From an uncultured Methanomicrobiales archaeon (GTDB lineage Archaea > Halobacteriota > Methanomicrobia > Methanomicrobiales > Methanospirillaceae), in the NCBI GenBank assembly GCA_963697895.1, contig OY969100.1:1184001-1248000 (forward strand): DNA of 64,000 nucleotides, in the 5' to 3' direction. The notes beneath the pieces are model-generated. The model was not told the origin of the DNA, did no database searches, and saw only the letters and a list, made by a program, of their open reading frames with translations. Each line of letters begins with the position of its first letter. The stretch's first letter is position 1. This document shows positions 8,510 through 21,229 of the stretch, piece after piece. Position numbers and translations under genes: made by a program.

Positions 8510-9400
8510 ATGAAACGGACAAGCCTCACTGCGGTCCTCCTCCTCATCGCCATCGCGATGCTGCCTGCCATCGCGGCAGGAGCGAGCTCGTACTGGTCGA
8601 ACCAGATCATCGGGCCGGATTATACCGTACCTGCGAACGCGTTCAACCCGCCCGATGCAACTGAATGGAACAAATTTTATGGAGGCTATGCATCGCAGAT
8701 AGCATCCCCGTACGAAACACCGGGCGGACTCCTGCCGTATGACTTCACGGATACCGCCCCCATCAACGCGACACCGGCAACACCGGGCTCCCTGTACCCG
8801 CGGGCAGTCACCGTGCTTCCGATAATCCCGGGTACGGGTCCCGGCGTGTTCCCGGTATATTCGGATACCGTTCCCTCGCCGGTTGTCCCGGGGAATTTCG
8901 CAGTCGTTTCTCCATCCATATTGTTCCCCTCCGGGAACGGCAGCCCGGTTCCGGTATCGTTCCCGAACCCTGCCATCATTCCCTTCGTATATCCGGTCCC
9001 CGTGCTCCCGGATACCCCGGATTCCGGCGGAGCTTCGGTGACGCCGACACCCACACCGGCACCTGAAGAGGCTGTCTTCATCAGCGACCTGAATCTCCAG
9101 GAGGATTATGTGAAGATTACGAACAGCGGGCTTACGCAGGTGGATCTGACCGGGTGGAAGATTGTCGAGGGAAATACCCGGCAGACGATCACGTTCATCG
9201 CCTTCCCGCAGGGGAACGGCCAGACATTCACCTTCACCCTGTACCCGCTGACCACCCTGACCGTCTATTACGGGAAAACCGGGCCGGTCACGGCGACCGA
9301 GGCATACTGGCCGTCCGCGAAGAACGTCTGGAACGACCAGGGTGATACCGCATACCTCTATAACCCCCAGGGACATCTGGTGAGTTCGCTCACCCGGTAG
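8510..9400 (+). CDS. Secreted Pro-rich protein with C-terminal lamin tail domain
   Basis: Signal peptide MKRTSLTAVLLLIAIAML; LTD motifs DYVKITNSG..VDLTGWKI and VWNDQGDTAYLYN. Confidence 0.8.
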   Translation: MKRTSLTAVLLLIAIAMLPAIAAGASSYWSNQIIGPDYTVPANAFNPPDATEWNKFYGGYASQIASPYETPGGLLPYDFTDTAPINATPATPGSLYPRAVTVLPIIPGTGPGVFPVYSDTVPSPVVPGNFAVVSPSILFPSGNGSPVPVSFPNPAIIPFVYPVPVLPDTPDSGGASVTPTPTPAPEEAVFISDLNLQEDYVKITNSGLTQVDLTGWKIVEGNTRQTITFIAFPQGNGQTFTFTLYPLTTLTVYYGKTGPVTATEAYWPSAKNVWNDQGDTAYLYNPQGHLVSSLTR

Positions 9401-9800
9401 AATTTTCTCTTTTTTCTCGTCCGTTTTAGAACAAACCAACCCGTTTTACGCGGATCCTATGCCCCGTGGCCGGGTACCGATCACCGGTTGAAGGATCATA
9501 AGATCGGTTCTGAAATACCCGGCCGGAGCGCGATAGCAAACGGTTATCCTTCGTTATTTTGCCTGAAATAACGAATTATAGGAGAGATCGGGGATTTTCT
9601 CCGATCGGAGACCTATACGGGCAGCATTCAGATAAAACGGAGCCCCCGGAAGCCCCGGATGGGATGACCTCTCCCGCTATTCGAAGAGAATTCAGTCATT
9701 AAAGCAGGAATCCGGTCATTTTTCAGCAAAATTTCAGATCAGTTGTTCCCTCATAGGCATCGGCAAGATCCACGGTAAATGATAGCATCCTCACCCTTAT

Positions 9801-9823
9801 CATTAGGTAAACCCTAACTAATG
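9801..9823. promoter_or_regulatory. Candidate MarR operator (imperfect palindrome)
   Basis: CATTAGGTAAACCCTAACTAATG contains TTAGG/CCTAA and CATTAG/CTAATG inverted pairs just upstream of the marR start. Confidence 0.35.
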
Positions 9824-9835
9824 AGAGATCGAAAC

Positions 9836-10257
9836 ATGAGAGAACGCGGAGGAGCACCTGTTCGAAGCGCTGGAGAACCTTCTCCGCGAAAAGAACGAAT
9901 GTTCCTCCCGGATCCTCTCCGAATGCGGATTATCGGACATGACGGTCAGGCAGATCGCCTACCTAAAAACCATCGACGAGGACAGGGGAAGTCACCTTCA
10001 CCCGGCTCGCGGAGATCACCCGGAACTCGAAACCGACGATCACCGAGATGGTCAACAAGTTCGTCCGGAGGGAGTGCGTCTACCGCGAACCCTGCAGGGA
10101 AGACGGGAGGGTCCTCTACATCCGCCTGACCGAGAAGGGGCAGCGGATCGCACAGGCCGAAGACGACGCCCTGCGCCAGGTGATCGAACGGATGATGGAG
10201 ACCCTCGACGAACGCGAGCAGGAACTCCTCATCCGGCTGCTGGAAAAGGTCAGGTAA
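9836..10257 (+). pseudogene. MarR family regulator with two +1 frameshifts (~9848, ~9984)
   Basis: Joined reading MRER/EEHLFEALENLL..MTVRQIAYLKTIDED/GEVTFTRLAEITRNSKPTITEMVNKF..EDGRVLYIRLTEKG. Confidence 0.8.
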
Positions 10258-10313
10258 TTCTCTTGCCGCACACATTCGCATCAAAGATCAAAGCTTTATT
10301 ATCGAGGCAACCC

Positions 10314-12701
<2,388 letters not shown>

Positions 12702-12865
12702 AAAGGTAAGAAGGGGTTCGGGCGGTATTTAGGAATGACAAAGTCCGGCCCCTCCAAACCCTTCATTCTGTGTACGGAGAAACCCGGGGCGTTCTCTGGA
12801 CCAATTCCGGTGACCATACTCTTATTGTAGAGGAATCGCCAAACACCATACAAGGATGTGAACGG

Positions 12866-13189
12866 ATGCCCGATCTCGTCACAACGCGCCGGCGCAAAAG
12901 TCCTCTTATCAAAAAACTGGAAGGAGCAGCCCCGGCTATCAGCTCACAGTTCGGGGTGACAAAGATCGGCATCTTCGGGTCGTTTGCCCGCGGCGAACAG
13001 ACACGGAAGAGCGACGTGGACGTGCTCGTGGATTTTGCCGAAGGGCACGCAACACTTAAAAATTTTGTCGGACTTGCCGATCTCCTTGAAACGCTCTTCA
13101 AACGGAAAGTGGATCTCATCACGGTCGAAGGGGTTGATAAATATATCCGCGAGAAGATTGAGGCCGAGGTGATCTGGGTTGAAGGATAA
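12866..13189 (+). CDS. MNT minimal nucleotidyltransferase antitoxin
   Basis: FGSFARGEQTRKSDVDVLV (GSX10DXD), RKVDLIT. Confidence 0.9.
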   Translation: MPDLVTTRRRKSPLIKKLEGAAPAISSQFGVTKIGIFGSFARGEQTRKSDVDVLVDFAEGHATLKNFVGLADLLETLFKRKVDLITVEGVDKYIREKIEAEVIWVEG

Positions 13190-13532
13190 CACAGTCTATC
13201 TCCACCACATCCTTGACGAGATCCTGTTCCTGAAACGGATATCGCATGACCGGACACGTGATGACCTCATGAACGATGATTATTTTGCACACGCCGTCCG
13301 GAGCGCAATCGAAGTAATCGGAGAAGCGGCCGGAAATGTCCCGGATCCAATCAGAACAGAAAACCCGGATATTCCCTGGAGGGAGATGGCGGCACTTCGT
13401 AACCGGATCATTCACGGCTATTTCAGGATCGATTATTCCATTGTCTGGAATGTGATTGTCCAGGATCTCCCGGCGATCGAACCGAAAATCTCTGCACTTA
13501 TTCAGAGAATGGATAACAGGTCAGGGAAATAA
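13179..13532 (+). CDS. HEPN (DUF86/HepT-like) ribonuclease toxin
   Basis: [24 protein letters not shown] (RX4HXY); overlaps the MNT gene. Confidence 0.9.
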   Translation: MKDNTVYLHHILDEILFLKRISHDRTRDDLMNDDYFAHAVRSAIEVIGEAAGNVPDPIRTENPDIPWREMAALRNRIIHGYFRIDYSIVWNVIVQDLPAIEPKISALIQRMDNRSGK

Positions 13533-13538
13533 AACCTT

Positions 13539-13747
13539 TCACCGGGCGGGAATAAAGAAGGTGATCCTCCCGAAGGAGAACGAGCGGGACCTGCAGGACG
13601 TGCCGGAGGATGTCCGGGCCGAACTCGCGTTCGTGACGGTCGAGACCGTCGAAGAGGTCCTCCGGGAGGCGCTCGGCATCGACCTGCCCCGGACCTCCGT
13701 CATGCTCCATGCCGGGAACCAGCTTCGTCCCCGTGCAGAACGTGTGA
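13539..13747 (+). repeat. Direct repeat copy 2 (lon 3' fragment)
   Basis: Encodes [18 protein letters not shown]...; a few substitutions and one extra C relative to copy 1. Confidence 0.95.
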
Positions 13748-13907
13748 ACGGGACGAGGAGAATGCGGCGAGCCGGATCATCCATTCTCCTGCACAATACG
13801 GATACGCTCCTCTCAATCGAAAGAAAGAATCCCTCTTTTTTTTACCCTGATGCGTGGCAGGCCGTTTCAGTACTCCACGAAGCCAAAAAAAAGGAACAAT
13901 CCAATAA

Positions 13908-14630
13908 TCACCCGATCAGGTACGTAACCGTGACCGTTGCAGTTACGGTCACATCTCCGGGCTGGATCGGCGTTGTCGTTGCGCCGGGTGCGATATCGCT
14001 CCGTACATAGTTCTGGAACGGGATCGGCGTGTACCCACCGCCGGTATCGGCGGACTTCACCGAGATGATATTGACCCCGAGCGCAGCGGCGACCGTCTGT
14101 GCATCGGCAGCAGCCCTGGCGGTGGCTTCTTTCAGCGCTTCGGTCCGCATCACCTGGGCCTGTTCGTCTGAGAGGAGGAACTGGATGGAACTCGCCTGGT
14201 TGATCCCGTTCGCAACGCCGATGTCGATAACTTCTCCGGTCCGGTTCACATCGTGTAGGGTGACGGTCAGGGTGTTTGTCACGCGATAGGTCCTGATCTT
14301 CTGCAGGGTGCCGAGCTTCGACTCGTCGTACACCGGGTAGATGGTATAACCGGTGGTCTTGAGAGCGTCCTCCGGGATCCCGGCGGCGGTCAGTGCATTC
14401 ATCACCGTCGTCATGCGGGCGGCATTCTCAGCCTGGGCTGCCCGTACATTGGGATTCTCGGTCTCGACCGCGAGAGAGATCTGTGCACGGTCGGGTGTCC
14501 CGATGACGGAACCGGTCCCCGACGCCGTGATCGTATGGTCGGTGCCGGTCTCGGCCGCTGAAACCGCCCCGATCGCAACCATGGCGATGAGGAGCAGGAC
14601 AACGGTAAGAATCGCTCTTTTGTGTTTCAT
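13908..14630 (-). CDS. SIMPL domain (DUF541) secreted protein
   Basis: Signal peptide; [33 protein letters not shown]. Confidence 0.85.
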   Translation of the reverse strand: MKHKRAILTVVLLLIAMVAIGAVSAAETGTDHTITASGTGSVIGTPDRAQISLAVETENPNVRAAQAENAARMTTVMNALTAAGIPEDALKTTGYTIYPVYDESKLGTLQKIRTYRVTNTLTVTLHDVNRTGEVIDIGVANGINQASSIQFLLSDEQAQVMRTEALKEATARAAADAQTVAAALGVNIISVKSADTGGGYTPIPFQNYVRSDIAPGATTTPIQPGDVTVTATVTVTYLIG

Positions 14631-14796
14631 AATGGATCAGGACAGACATTAACCGGCGTTCGGTTTTAAGGTTGCCTTGACTGCGAACGGAATGGCAGTC
14701 ATCATGAGATTGCCGCGGAGCCTGAACTGTCCCGGAGAATGCCTGCCCTCCTTATCCAATAGTTCACCTCGTGATCCAACGAAAGAAGGTATCCCC

Positions 14797-15372
14797 TCAC
14801 CCCTTCCGGTACTTCTTCCCTTCCGAGAATGCCCGGCCGACCTGTTTTCCCACCCCGAAATAGGCGAGATTCGCGTACACAATCGGGTTGACCTTGGTGA
14901 TATCCGGTTTCCCGCCCGTCGTGCATGCCTTATCAGCATGGATCTCCACGACCTCGCCGATTCGGAGGATGTGGCTCCCGCAGTCGACCGATTCAAACAG
15001 CCTGCATTCGATGTTGACCGGGCACTCCTCCGCCAGGGGGGCGGTCTTCAGCTTCCCGTAAAAAGACCGGAAGACAGCGGACTTGTCCTCCTGCGCACCG
15101 GAGACGAGACCGCAGTGGTCGGTCGGGATAACCTGGTGTACCGACGGGATGTTCAGGGAAAAGGTCCCGTTCTGTTCAATCCCCTTTGCCGTATACCGTG
15201 CCTTGTTGATCGCGACGCATACCATTGGCGGCACCATGCAGGCGACCGTCGCCCATGCGGCGGTCATGTAGGTCGGCTTTCCATCGACGGTTGCACCCAC
15301 GAGCACGGTGGGGAGTACGCTCATGTACGGCATCGGGCCGAGCGTGATTTTTTCCATGGTTTCTCTCTCCAC
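14797..15372 (-). CDS. Flavin reductase family protein
   Basis: PTVLVGA, MTAAW, FSLNIPS, APLAEECPVNIEC, GEVVE. Confidence 0.85.
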   Translation of the reverse strand: MERETMEKITLGPMPYMSVLPTVLVGATVDGKPTYMTAAWATVACMVPPMVCVAINKARYTAKGIEQNGTFSLNIPSVHQVIPTDHCGLVSGAQEDKSAVFRSFYGKLKTAPLAEECPVNIECRLFESVDCGSHILRIGEVVEIHADKACTTGGKPDITKVNPIVYANLAYFGVGKQVGRAFSEGKKYRKG

Positions 15373-15494
15373 GGATAGGAGGGGAGGGGAGGTGCGTTAA
15401 GGGTATCTTTGCATGAGGCAGCGCCAGCGGGCATCGATTCGGGTTGTCCGGTTCAGGGAGAATATCTCTCCGGTGAGTTGAGATCGGGCCCCCC

Positions 15495-15998
15495 TCACAC
15501 CCCGAACTTCCCCGGGAGCTCCTTCGCCCATTGTGCAATCGCGTCCCAGTCGCGGAAATCCCCGACCGGGGCTTTCACCATCCCGATCATCCGTTTCTGG
15601 ATGAAGTTGAGCGTCGCGAGGTCGATCCGGCCGGCAAAGAGCGCCTCGGCGACCGGTTCCAGGGGCGAGAGGGTATCGTGAAGGATCTTCTTCGCTTTCT
15701 CTATCTCCCCGGGATTCGTCCCCACCGGGGCCACCCCGACGGCGAATGCAGCGACCGGCAGCGTTGCCAGGGTCTCCCGGTACCTTCCCACGAACTTCCC
15801 CACATCGCCCACGATCTTTCCCATGTAGAACGGTCCCCCGATGACGACCGCGTTATACCCCTCGGGCGACGGGGCCGATTTCAGTTCGACGACATCGACC
15901 ATGTACCCCACCGACTGCAGTTCCTTTCCGATGGCCTCTGCGATCCCGGCGGTCGATCCCTTCGGCGATACATACGCGACAAGAATGCGGGCGGACAT
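15495..15998 (-). CDS. Flavodoxin domain protein (HemG-like), paralog 2
   Basis: ILVAYVSPKGSTAGIAEAIG, GDFRDWDAIAQWA. Confidence 0.85.
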   Translation of the reverse strand: MSARILVAYVSPKGSTAGIAEAIGKELQSVGYMVDVVELKSAPSPEGYNAVVIGGPFYMGKIVGDVGKFVGRYRETLATLPVAAFAVGVAPVGTNPGEIEKAKKILHDTLSPLEPVAEALFAGRIDLATLNFIQKRMIGMVKAPVGDFRDWDAIAQWAKELPGKFGV

Positions 15999-16084
15999 GA
16001 AATTCCTCAAGGGATATTGAATGAAGTCGCGATATAAAAAGAGATGGGCGTGAGAGCGTTATTGCAATTCGGGAAGGACCCAGC

Positions 16085-16588
16085 TCATACGTTCAGCTTC
16101 CCGGGCAGGTTCTTCGCCCATTTCGCGATCGCTTCCCAGTCGCGGAAGTCCCCGACCGGGGCGTTTACCTTTCCCACCATCCATTTCTGGATGAACGAGA
16201 GCTTCTTCAGCTCTATCCTGCCGGCAAAGATCGTCTCAGCAACCGGTTCCAGGGGTGCGAGAGCCCTATGAAACGTCTTCTTGGCATCGCGTATCTGGAC
16301 GGGATCTCTTCCCACCGGCGCCACGCCGACGGCAAATGCAGCGACCGGCATTTTTACCAGGGTATCGCGGAATCTTTCCACGAACTTCCCCACACCGCTC
16401 ACGACCTTTCCTGAATAGAAGGGGCCCCCGATGACCACCGCCCGGTAGCCTTCGAGCGATTTCACCGTATTCATCCCGGCGACATCGACCGTATACCCCG
16501 CCGACCGCAGTTCTTTCCCGATCGCCTCTGCGATTTCGGCGGTCGATCCCTTCGGCGATACATATGCGACCAGTATGCGGGCGGACAT
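16085..16588 (-). CDS. Flavodoxin domain protein (HemG-like), paralog 1
   Basis: ILVAYVSPKGSTAEIAEAIG, GDFRDWEAIAKWA; tandem paralog of the neighbouring gene. Confidence 0.85.
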   Translation of the reverse strand: MSARILVAYVSPKGSTAEIAEAIGKELRSAGYTVDVAGMNTVKSLEGYRAVVIGGPFYSGKVVSGVGKFVERFRDTLVKMPVAAFAVGVAPVGRDPVQIRDAKKTFHRALAPLEPVAETIFAGRIELKKLSFIQKWMVGKVNAPVGDFRDWEAIAKWAKNLPGKLNV

Positions 16589-16727
16589 GATTGTTCCTCA
16601 GTGGAGTTCGAGGTCGGATTATAAAAAACGGGCGGAGAGGGGTATCGACCGGGGCATACTGCTCATCCCGGTCATCGGATCTTCCCGGTGCGAAGCCCAT
16701 TTAACTTCCCGGGACGTAATTCCTTTC

Positions 16728-17282
16728 ATGAACCTTCCGGGCCTGATCCTGTGTCTGGGTATCGTATGCATCCTCGTTGCCGGATGCACGACCCTGTCCC
16801 CGCAGGCCACAGCTCCTTCAACAGGAACCGGTACATCTCCCGGGGTTACGACCACCCCGGCGACATCCTCCGTACCGGCGACCGGTATGCCGCTCATCAC
16901 CCCGGGACCGGTGGATCTTTCCATCCGGGTATCTCCGGAACGATACATCCCCCTCATGTCATCCACGGTCGGGATCGGTCTTACCCCCGAGTATTCAGGT
17001 CCCGGCCCGGTCGTGTACAGCTGGAATACCAGTTATGGGTACTTCGTCGGCTGGAATGCACCGGATTTCAACGTGATCCCGTATAGCAACAGCGTCGAAA
17101 CCACCGATCAGACCATCTACTGGTCGTATTCACCCGATGACATGGGGAAAGAGAAACCGCCGGTCACCATCCGTCTCGTCGTAAAAACACCGCCGCGTTC
17201 TCATGGCGGGAACGCAACCATTGTCGTGAGATACCTCCATATAAGATGGGAAAATACCGATACCGCGGTGATCACCCCGTAG
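16728..17282 (+). CDS. Putative lipoprotein
   Basis: Lipobox-like ILVAGC followed by a Thr/Pro linker and a small globular domain. Confidence 0.7.
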   Translation: MNLPGLILCLGIVCILVAGCTTLSPQATAPSTGTGTSPGVTTTPATSSVPATGMPLITPGPVDLSIRVSPERYIPLMSSTVGIGLTPEYSGPGPVVYSWNTSYGYFVGWNAPDFNVIPYSNSVETTDQTIYWSYSPDDMGKEKPPVTIRLVVKTPPRSHGGNATIVVRYLHIRWENTDTAVITP

Positions 17283-17339
17283 GATGAACGGTGTCTCATA
17301 TGGATTAAAAATCAGCGTGCGGATTCCGTGATACGTACC

Positions 17340-17843
17340 ATGAACGAGTGTGTATGCCCCGGATGCGGGATCCATCTCCCCGCCAATAACCTCGAGCCGG
17401 CAGAGCGGTTCAACGCCACGGGCGAGTGCCTCGAGAAGTGCTTCGCGGTGTTCTGCTGGACCCTCGTGCACGAGGACCCCCGGTTCATCCACCAGTACGC
17501 GGTCGATGCCTATGCAGCCCAGCACTCCGGCGACCGGACCCGGCCGGTAACGACGGTCTTTGCACTCATCGGCCTCTATCTTGCCGTGGAGAAAGGGTAC
17601 ACGGGGCGGCAGGTTCAGCTCGCCCACATGCAGATCGGGAAGAAAAGACGGGACTGGCCCCGGCTGGAATCTCCGGAGCACCCGGCGGAACTGACCGTGA
17701 TGGACGTCCTGCAGGCGGGGACGAATACAGAGAAAGAGGAGATGCTGATGCGGTGGGCGGCGTCGGTCTGGCAGAGCTGGGAGCGTCGCCACCAGTGGGT
17801 GAGGGAGACGACGGAGCGGGTGCTCTACGGGGAAGGCAGATAA
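17340..17843 (+). CDS. Conserved hypothetical protein (DUF5946-like)
   Basis: CPGCG N-terminus, HQYAVDAYAAQH, VFALIGLYL. Confidence 0.7.
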   Translation: MNECVCPGCGIHLPANNLEPAERFNATGECLEKCFAVFCWTLVHEDPRFIHQYAVDAYAAQHSGDRTRPVTTVFALIGLYLAVEKGYTGRQVQLAHMQIGKKRRDWPRLESPEHPAELTVMDVLQAGTNTEKEEMLMRWAASVWQSWERRHQWVRETTERVLYGEGR

Positions 17844-18034
17844 CGGGGTATTCACAGCTCGCGGAACACCTGCATCCGGATCATGGATGAGACAGGCTCA
17901 TATCCTCACATCCCGGTATATTTACGTGGAGAAGAGGGTCGTCCTTCCATTCCGAGTCATCCATCCTGAATGGGAGGAAAAAACATACGATGGATGAGTG
18001 CGATACTCATGATTCTTTGTGAGAATGAAACGAC

Positions 18035-18859
18035 ATGACCATGATTATCATTGATCGGGACCTCTGCACATCGTGCGGAATCTGTGCGAAAATATGTCCG
18101 GTCGGGCTCATTCCGCCACCGGACGGTGATCAGGTACCGGATATTCCGGAGTCGGACCAGACGTTCTGTATCAACTGCGGGCACTGTGAAGTCTTCTGCC
18201 CGTCGCAGGCGCTCACGCTGAATTTCGCACCCGGAGAAAAGGAGATCGTCTCACCCGGCACGGGAGTAATTCCATCGGAACAGCTCGGATACTACCTGAA
18301 AAACCGGCGCTCGATACGGCATTTCTCAAAGAGACCGGTCGCACGGGAGGCGATCGAATCGCTTCTGGATATCGTCCGGTATGCACCTTCGGGGGGGAAC
18401 CGGCAACCGGTCCAGTGGATCGTCGTCCACGATCCGAAAAAGGTGTACCGGTATGCGGCGCTTACCATCGACTGGATGCGGGATTTATCGAGGACAAACG
18501 ATCCCCTCGGCAACCGGTACAATCCGGCCGCCATGGTTGCCGCATGGGAGAGGGGAAACGATGTTATCTGCCGGGATGCCCCGCATCTCCTGATTGCGCA
18601 TGCCCCGGCTGAACTCGGCACTCCTTCCGTGGATGCGATAATTGCGCTCACCTATGCAGACATCGCCGCACCCGCGTTCGGGGTCGGGATGTGCTGGGCA
18701 GGATTCCTCTCCCTGGCAGCCATGTCATGGAAACCCCTGCAGGAGGCGATCGATCTCCCCGAAGGACGGGTCTTCTCATATGCGCTGATGTTCGGATACC
18801 CCGATTACCAGACCTATGGAATCCCGCGACGGAACCCCGTGCAGGTGACCTGGCAGTAG
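18035..18859 (+). CDS. Nitroreductase with N-terminal 2x[4Fe-4S] ferredoxin domain
   Basis: CTSCGICAKICP, CINCGHCEVFCP, RRSIRHF, APSGGNRQP. Confidence 0.9.
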   Translation: MTMIIIDRDLCTSCGICAKICPVGLIPPPDGDQVPDIPESDQTFCINCGHCEVFCPSQALTLNFAPGEKEIVSPGTGVIPSEQLGYYLKNRRSIRHFSKRPVAREAIESLLDIVRYAPSGGNRQPVQWIVVHDPKKVYRYAALTIDWMRDLSRTNDPLGNRYNPAAMVAAWERGNDVICRDAPHLLIAHAPAELGTPSVDAIIALTYADIAAPAFGVGMCWAGFLSLAAMSWKPLQEAIDLPEGRVFSYALMFGYPDYQTYGIPRRNPVQVTWQ

Positions 18860-19300
18860 GGCACAAGACGGGTACGAAAAGTCCCACGGCTCCGGTTCCA
18901 TCTGGTTCATCCTGGGTGTTGGAGGCACCCGGGTTGATCTTATGAGAGCGGGTTTAACGAAATGGACGAACGCCATCTCGGCGATCCGGCAAGAGCAGGT
19001 GAGTTGCCGGAGCTTGTTCGGGACTCTCGCCCTGAAAACCGCTCGTCCCAATAATTATTACCCTTCCCGTCCCATGCGTACCTGTGATGGACAACCATGA
19101 CAGACTGTTTTGTACATCCCGGACCATCATGCGATCCCTGCTCCATTAAGCGGGATAGCATACGCTGAATCGCCGATCGAATCAGTAACAACGCTGTTTT
19201 TTCCGCCCAACCCCGTTGCAGCATTCAGGCATATCGCCGCTCCCGGGCATCCTGCATACCGGGACGAATTATCGCCGGAAACGTCGGCAGGGAGGATTCC

Positions 19301-20977
19301 ATGGAACATCCCCTGATATCCGGTGCGGAGATCCTTGTCGAATCACTCCGCCGGCAGGGAGTGACCACGATATTCGGTTATCCCGGTGCCGCGGTTCTTC
19401 CTATCTATGACGAACTCTATTCGTCCCCGATCCGGCATATCCTCGTCCGCCATGAACAGGCGGCAGCCCACGCGGCCGACGGGTTTGCCCGGGCCTCCGG
19501 TCGGACCGGCGTCTGCCTCGCCACCTCCGGGCCCGGCGCATGCAACCTTATTACCGGGATCGCGACCGCATTCATGGACTCGAGCCCGATCGTCGCGATC
19601 ACCGGCCAGGTGCCGACAGATATGCTCGGGAATGACGCCTTTCAGGAAGCCGACATCACGGGGATGACCATGCCGGTCACCAAGCACAATTATCTCGTGA
19701 AACGGACCGAGGACCTCGGGAGGTTGATACAGGAAGCGTTCCACATTGCCGGGACCGGCCGGAAAGGACCGGTGCTGATCGACATCCCCAAGGACGTGAG
19801 TACCGGCCGGATTCCCTGGCACGAGGACGACGATACCGTGGACCTGCGGGGGTACCGGCCGACCCTCGGCGGACACCCCCGGCAGATCGAAAAGGCGGTG
19901 GATCTGATCCGGAATGCCGAACGCCCGCTCATCTATGCCGGAGGGGGAGTGATCGCCGGCGATGCCTCCGGGGCACTGGTCCGTCTTGCGGAGCGGATGA
20001 TGATCCCGGTCGCGACGACCCTGATGGGGCTCGGCTGCATCCCGGGTGATCACCCGCTCAACCTCGGCATGCTCGGGATGCACGGGACCGTTTCAGCAAA
20101 CTATGCAGTCACCGAATGCGATCTGCTGATTGCAACCGGTGTCCGGTTCGATGATCGGGTTACGGGGAAGATCGGGGCCTTCGCTCCTCACGCACAGGTG
20201 ATCCATATCGATATCGACCCGGCGGAGATCGGGAAGAACAAGGAGGCGCACCTTCCGATCGTGGGCGATTCGAAGACAGTCCTCCACCAGCTACTGGCAG
20301 GACTCGACCGGGGAAAAGAACGCGATGCCTGGCACCGGAAGATCCGCGAATGGAAACATCTCCATCCGCTCCGGTCAACGGAGGACGGGAACCTCCACCC
20401 GCAGTACATCCTCCGGACGATGAGCGAAATGCTCCCCGGCGACACGATGATCGTATCCGAGGTCGGCCAGCACCAGATGTGGACGGCACTGCATTATTGT
20501 TTCCGGCATCCCCGCCAGTGGATCACGTCCGGGGGTCTCGGGACGATGGGCTTCGGGCTTCCCGCCGCGATGGGAGTCCATTACGCACGCCCCGGCGTCC
20601 CGGTCTTCGATATATCCGGGGACGGGAGCATCCAGATGAATATCCAGGAACTCGGAACGATAGCCCAGTACCATATCCCGGTAAAGATCGCGATCATGAA
20701 CAACCGGTTCCTCGGAATGGTCAGGCAGTGGCAGGAGCTCTTCTATGACCGGCGATACGCGTTTACCGAGCTCCCGCCCCTGGACTTTGTCAAGATCGCA
20801 GAGGCCTATGGGATACCCGGGTTACAGGTTGAATCCTGTGAAGAAGTGAAACACGCGATACAGACTGCAACCGAGACCGAAGGACCGTTCCTGATGGATT
20901 TCCGGGTCGAACGGGAGGACAATGTCTTTCCCATGGTCCCGGCAGGGGCCGCGATAAACGAGATGATCCAGGAGTAA
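19301..20977 (+). CDS. ilvB: Acetolactate synthase large subunit
   Basis: RHEQAAAHAADG, TSGPGA, TSGGLGTMGFG, GDGSIQMN..NN..GMVRQWQ. Confidence 0.95.
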   Translation: MEHPLISGAEILVESLRRQGVTTIFGYPGAAVLPIYDELYSSPIRHILVRHEQAAAHAADGFARASGRTGVCLATSGPGACNLITGIATAFMDSSPIVAITGQVPTDMLGNDAFQEADITGMTMPVTKHNYLVKRTEDLGRLIQEAFHIAGTGRKGPVLIDIPKDVSTGRIPWHEDDDTVDLRGYRPTLGGHPRQIEKAVDLIRNAERPLIYAGGGVIAGDASGALVRLAERMMIPVATTLMGLGCIPGDHPLNLGMLGMHGTVSANYAVTECDLLIATGVRFDDRVTGKIGAFAPHAQVIHIDIDPAEIGKNKEAHLPIVGDSKTVLHQLLAGLDRGKERDAWHRKIREWKHLHPLRSTEDGNLHPQYILRTMSEMLPGDTMIVSEVGQHQMWTALHYCFRHPRQWITSGGLGTMGFGLPAAMGVHYARPGVPVFDISGDGSIQMNIQELGTIAQYHIPVKIAIMNNRFLGMVRQWQELFYDRRYAFTELPPLDFVKIAEAYGIPGLQVESCEEVKHAIQTATETEGPFLMDFRVEREDNVFPMVPAGAAINEMIQE

Positions 20978-21229
20978 GGGCCGTGAGGAGGTAATCATCC
21001 GGATCCGTACGCCGGAACCAGGGCTCCTCTCCGGTCCCTCCTCCCGGTCTGGACGCCGGAGGGATCACCCCCTGGGAAGGCCTTCCTGTCTATTAGCACA
21101 CGGCGTGGAGGCCGGAATATCCCGGGATTGAAAGATCTCCCTGCATATTAATACCCAGCAAGGAGGCCGGAGTATCCCGCGATTGCAAATACTCCGCCTT
21201 TTTCTCCGCTGAAAAATCCCGGTGCCTGT

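Noticed and set aside
9939-10313. 125-aa N-terminal extension of Lon (920-aa ORF)
   Set aside because: It is the middle of the frameshifted marR read into an off-frame; Lon-like sequence starts at ATG 10314.
13456-14010. 184-aa ORF containing Lon C-terminal sequence
   Set aside because: Chance read-through across the duplicated lon tail; it overlaps the HEPN and SIMPL genes and lacks the catalytic Ser/Lys.
19150-19300. TPP riboswitch upstream of ilvB
   Set aside because: The conserved CTGAGA and downstream core are not present; only a vague resemblance.
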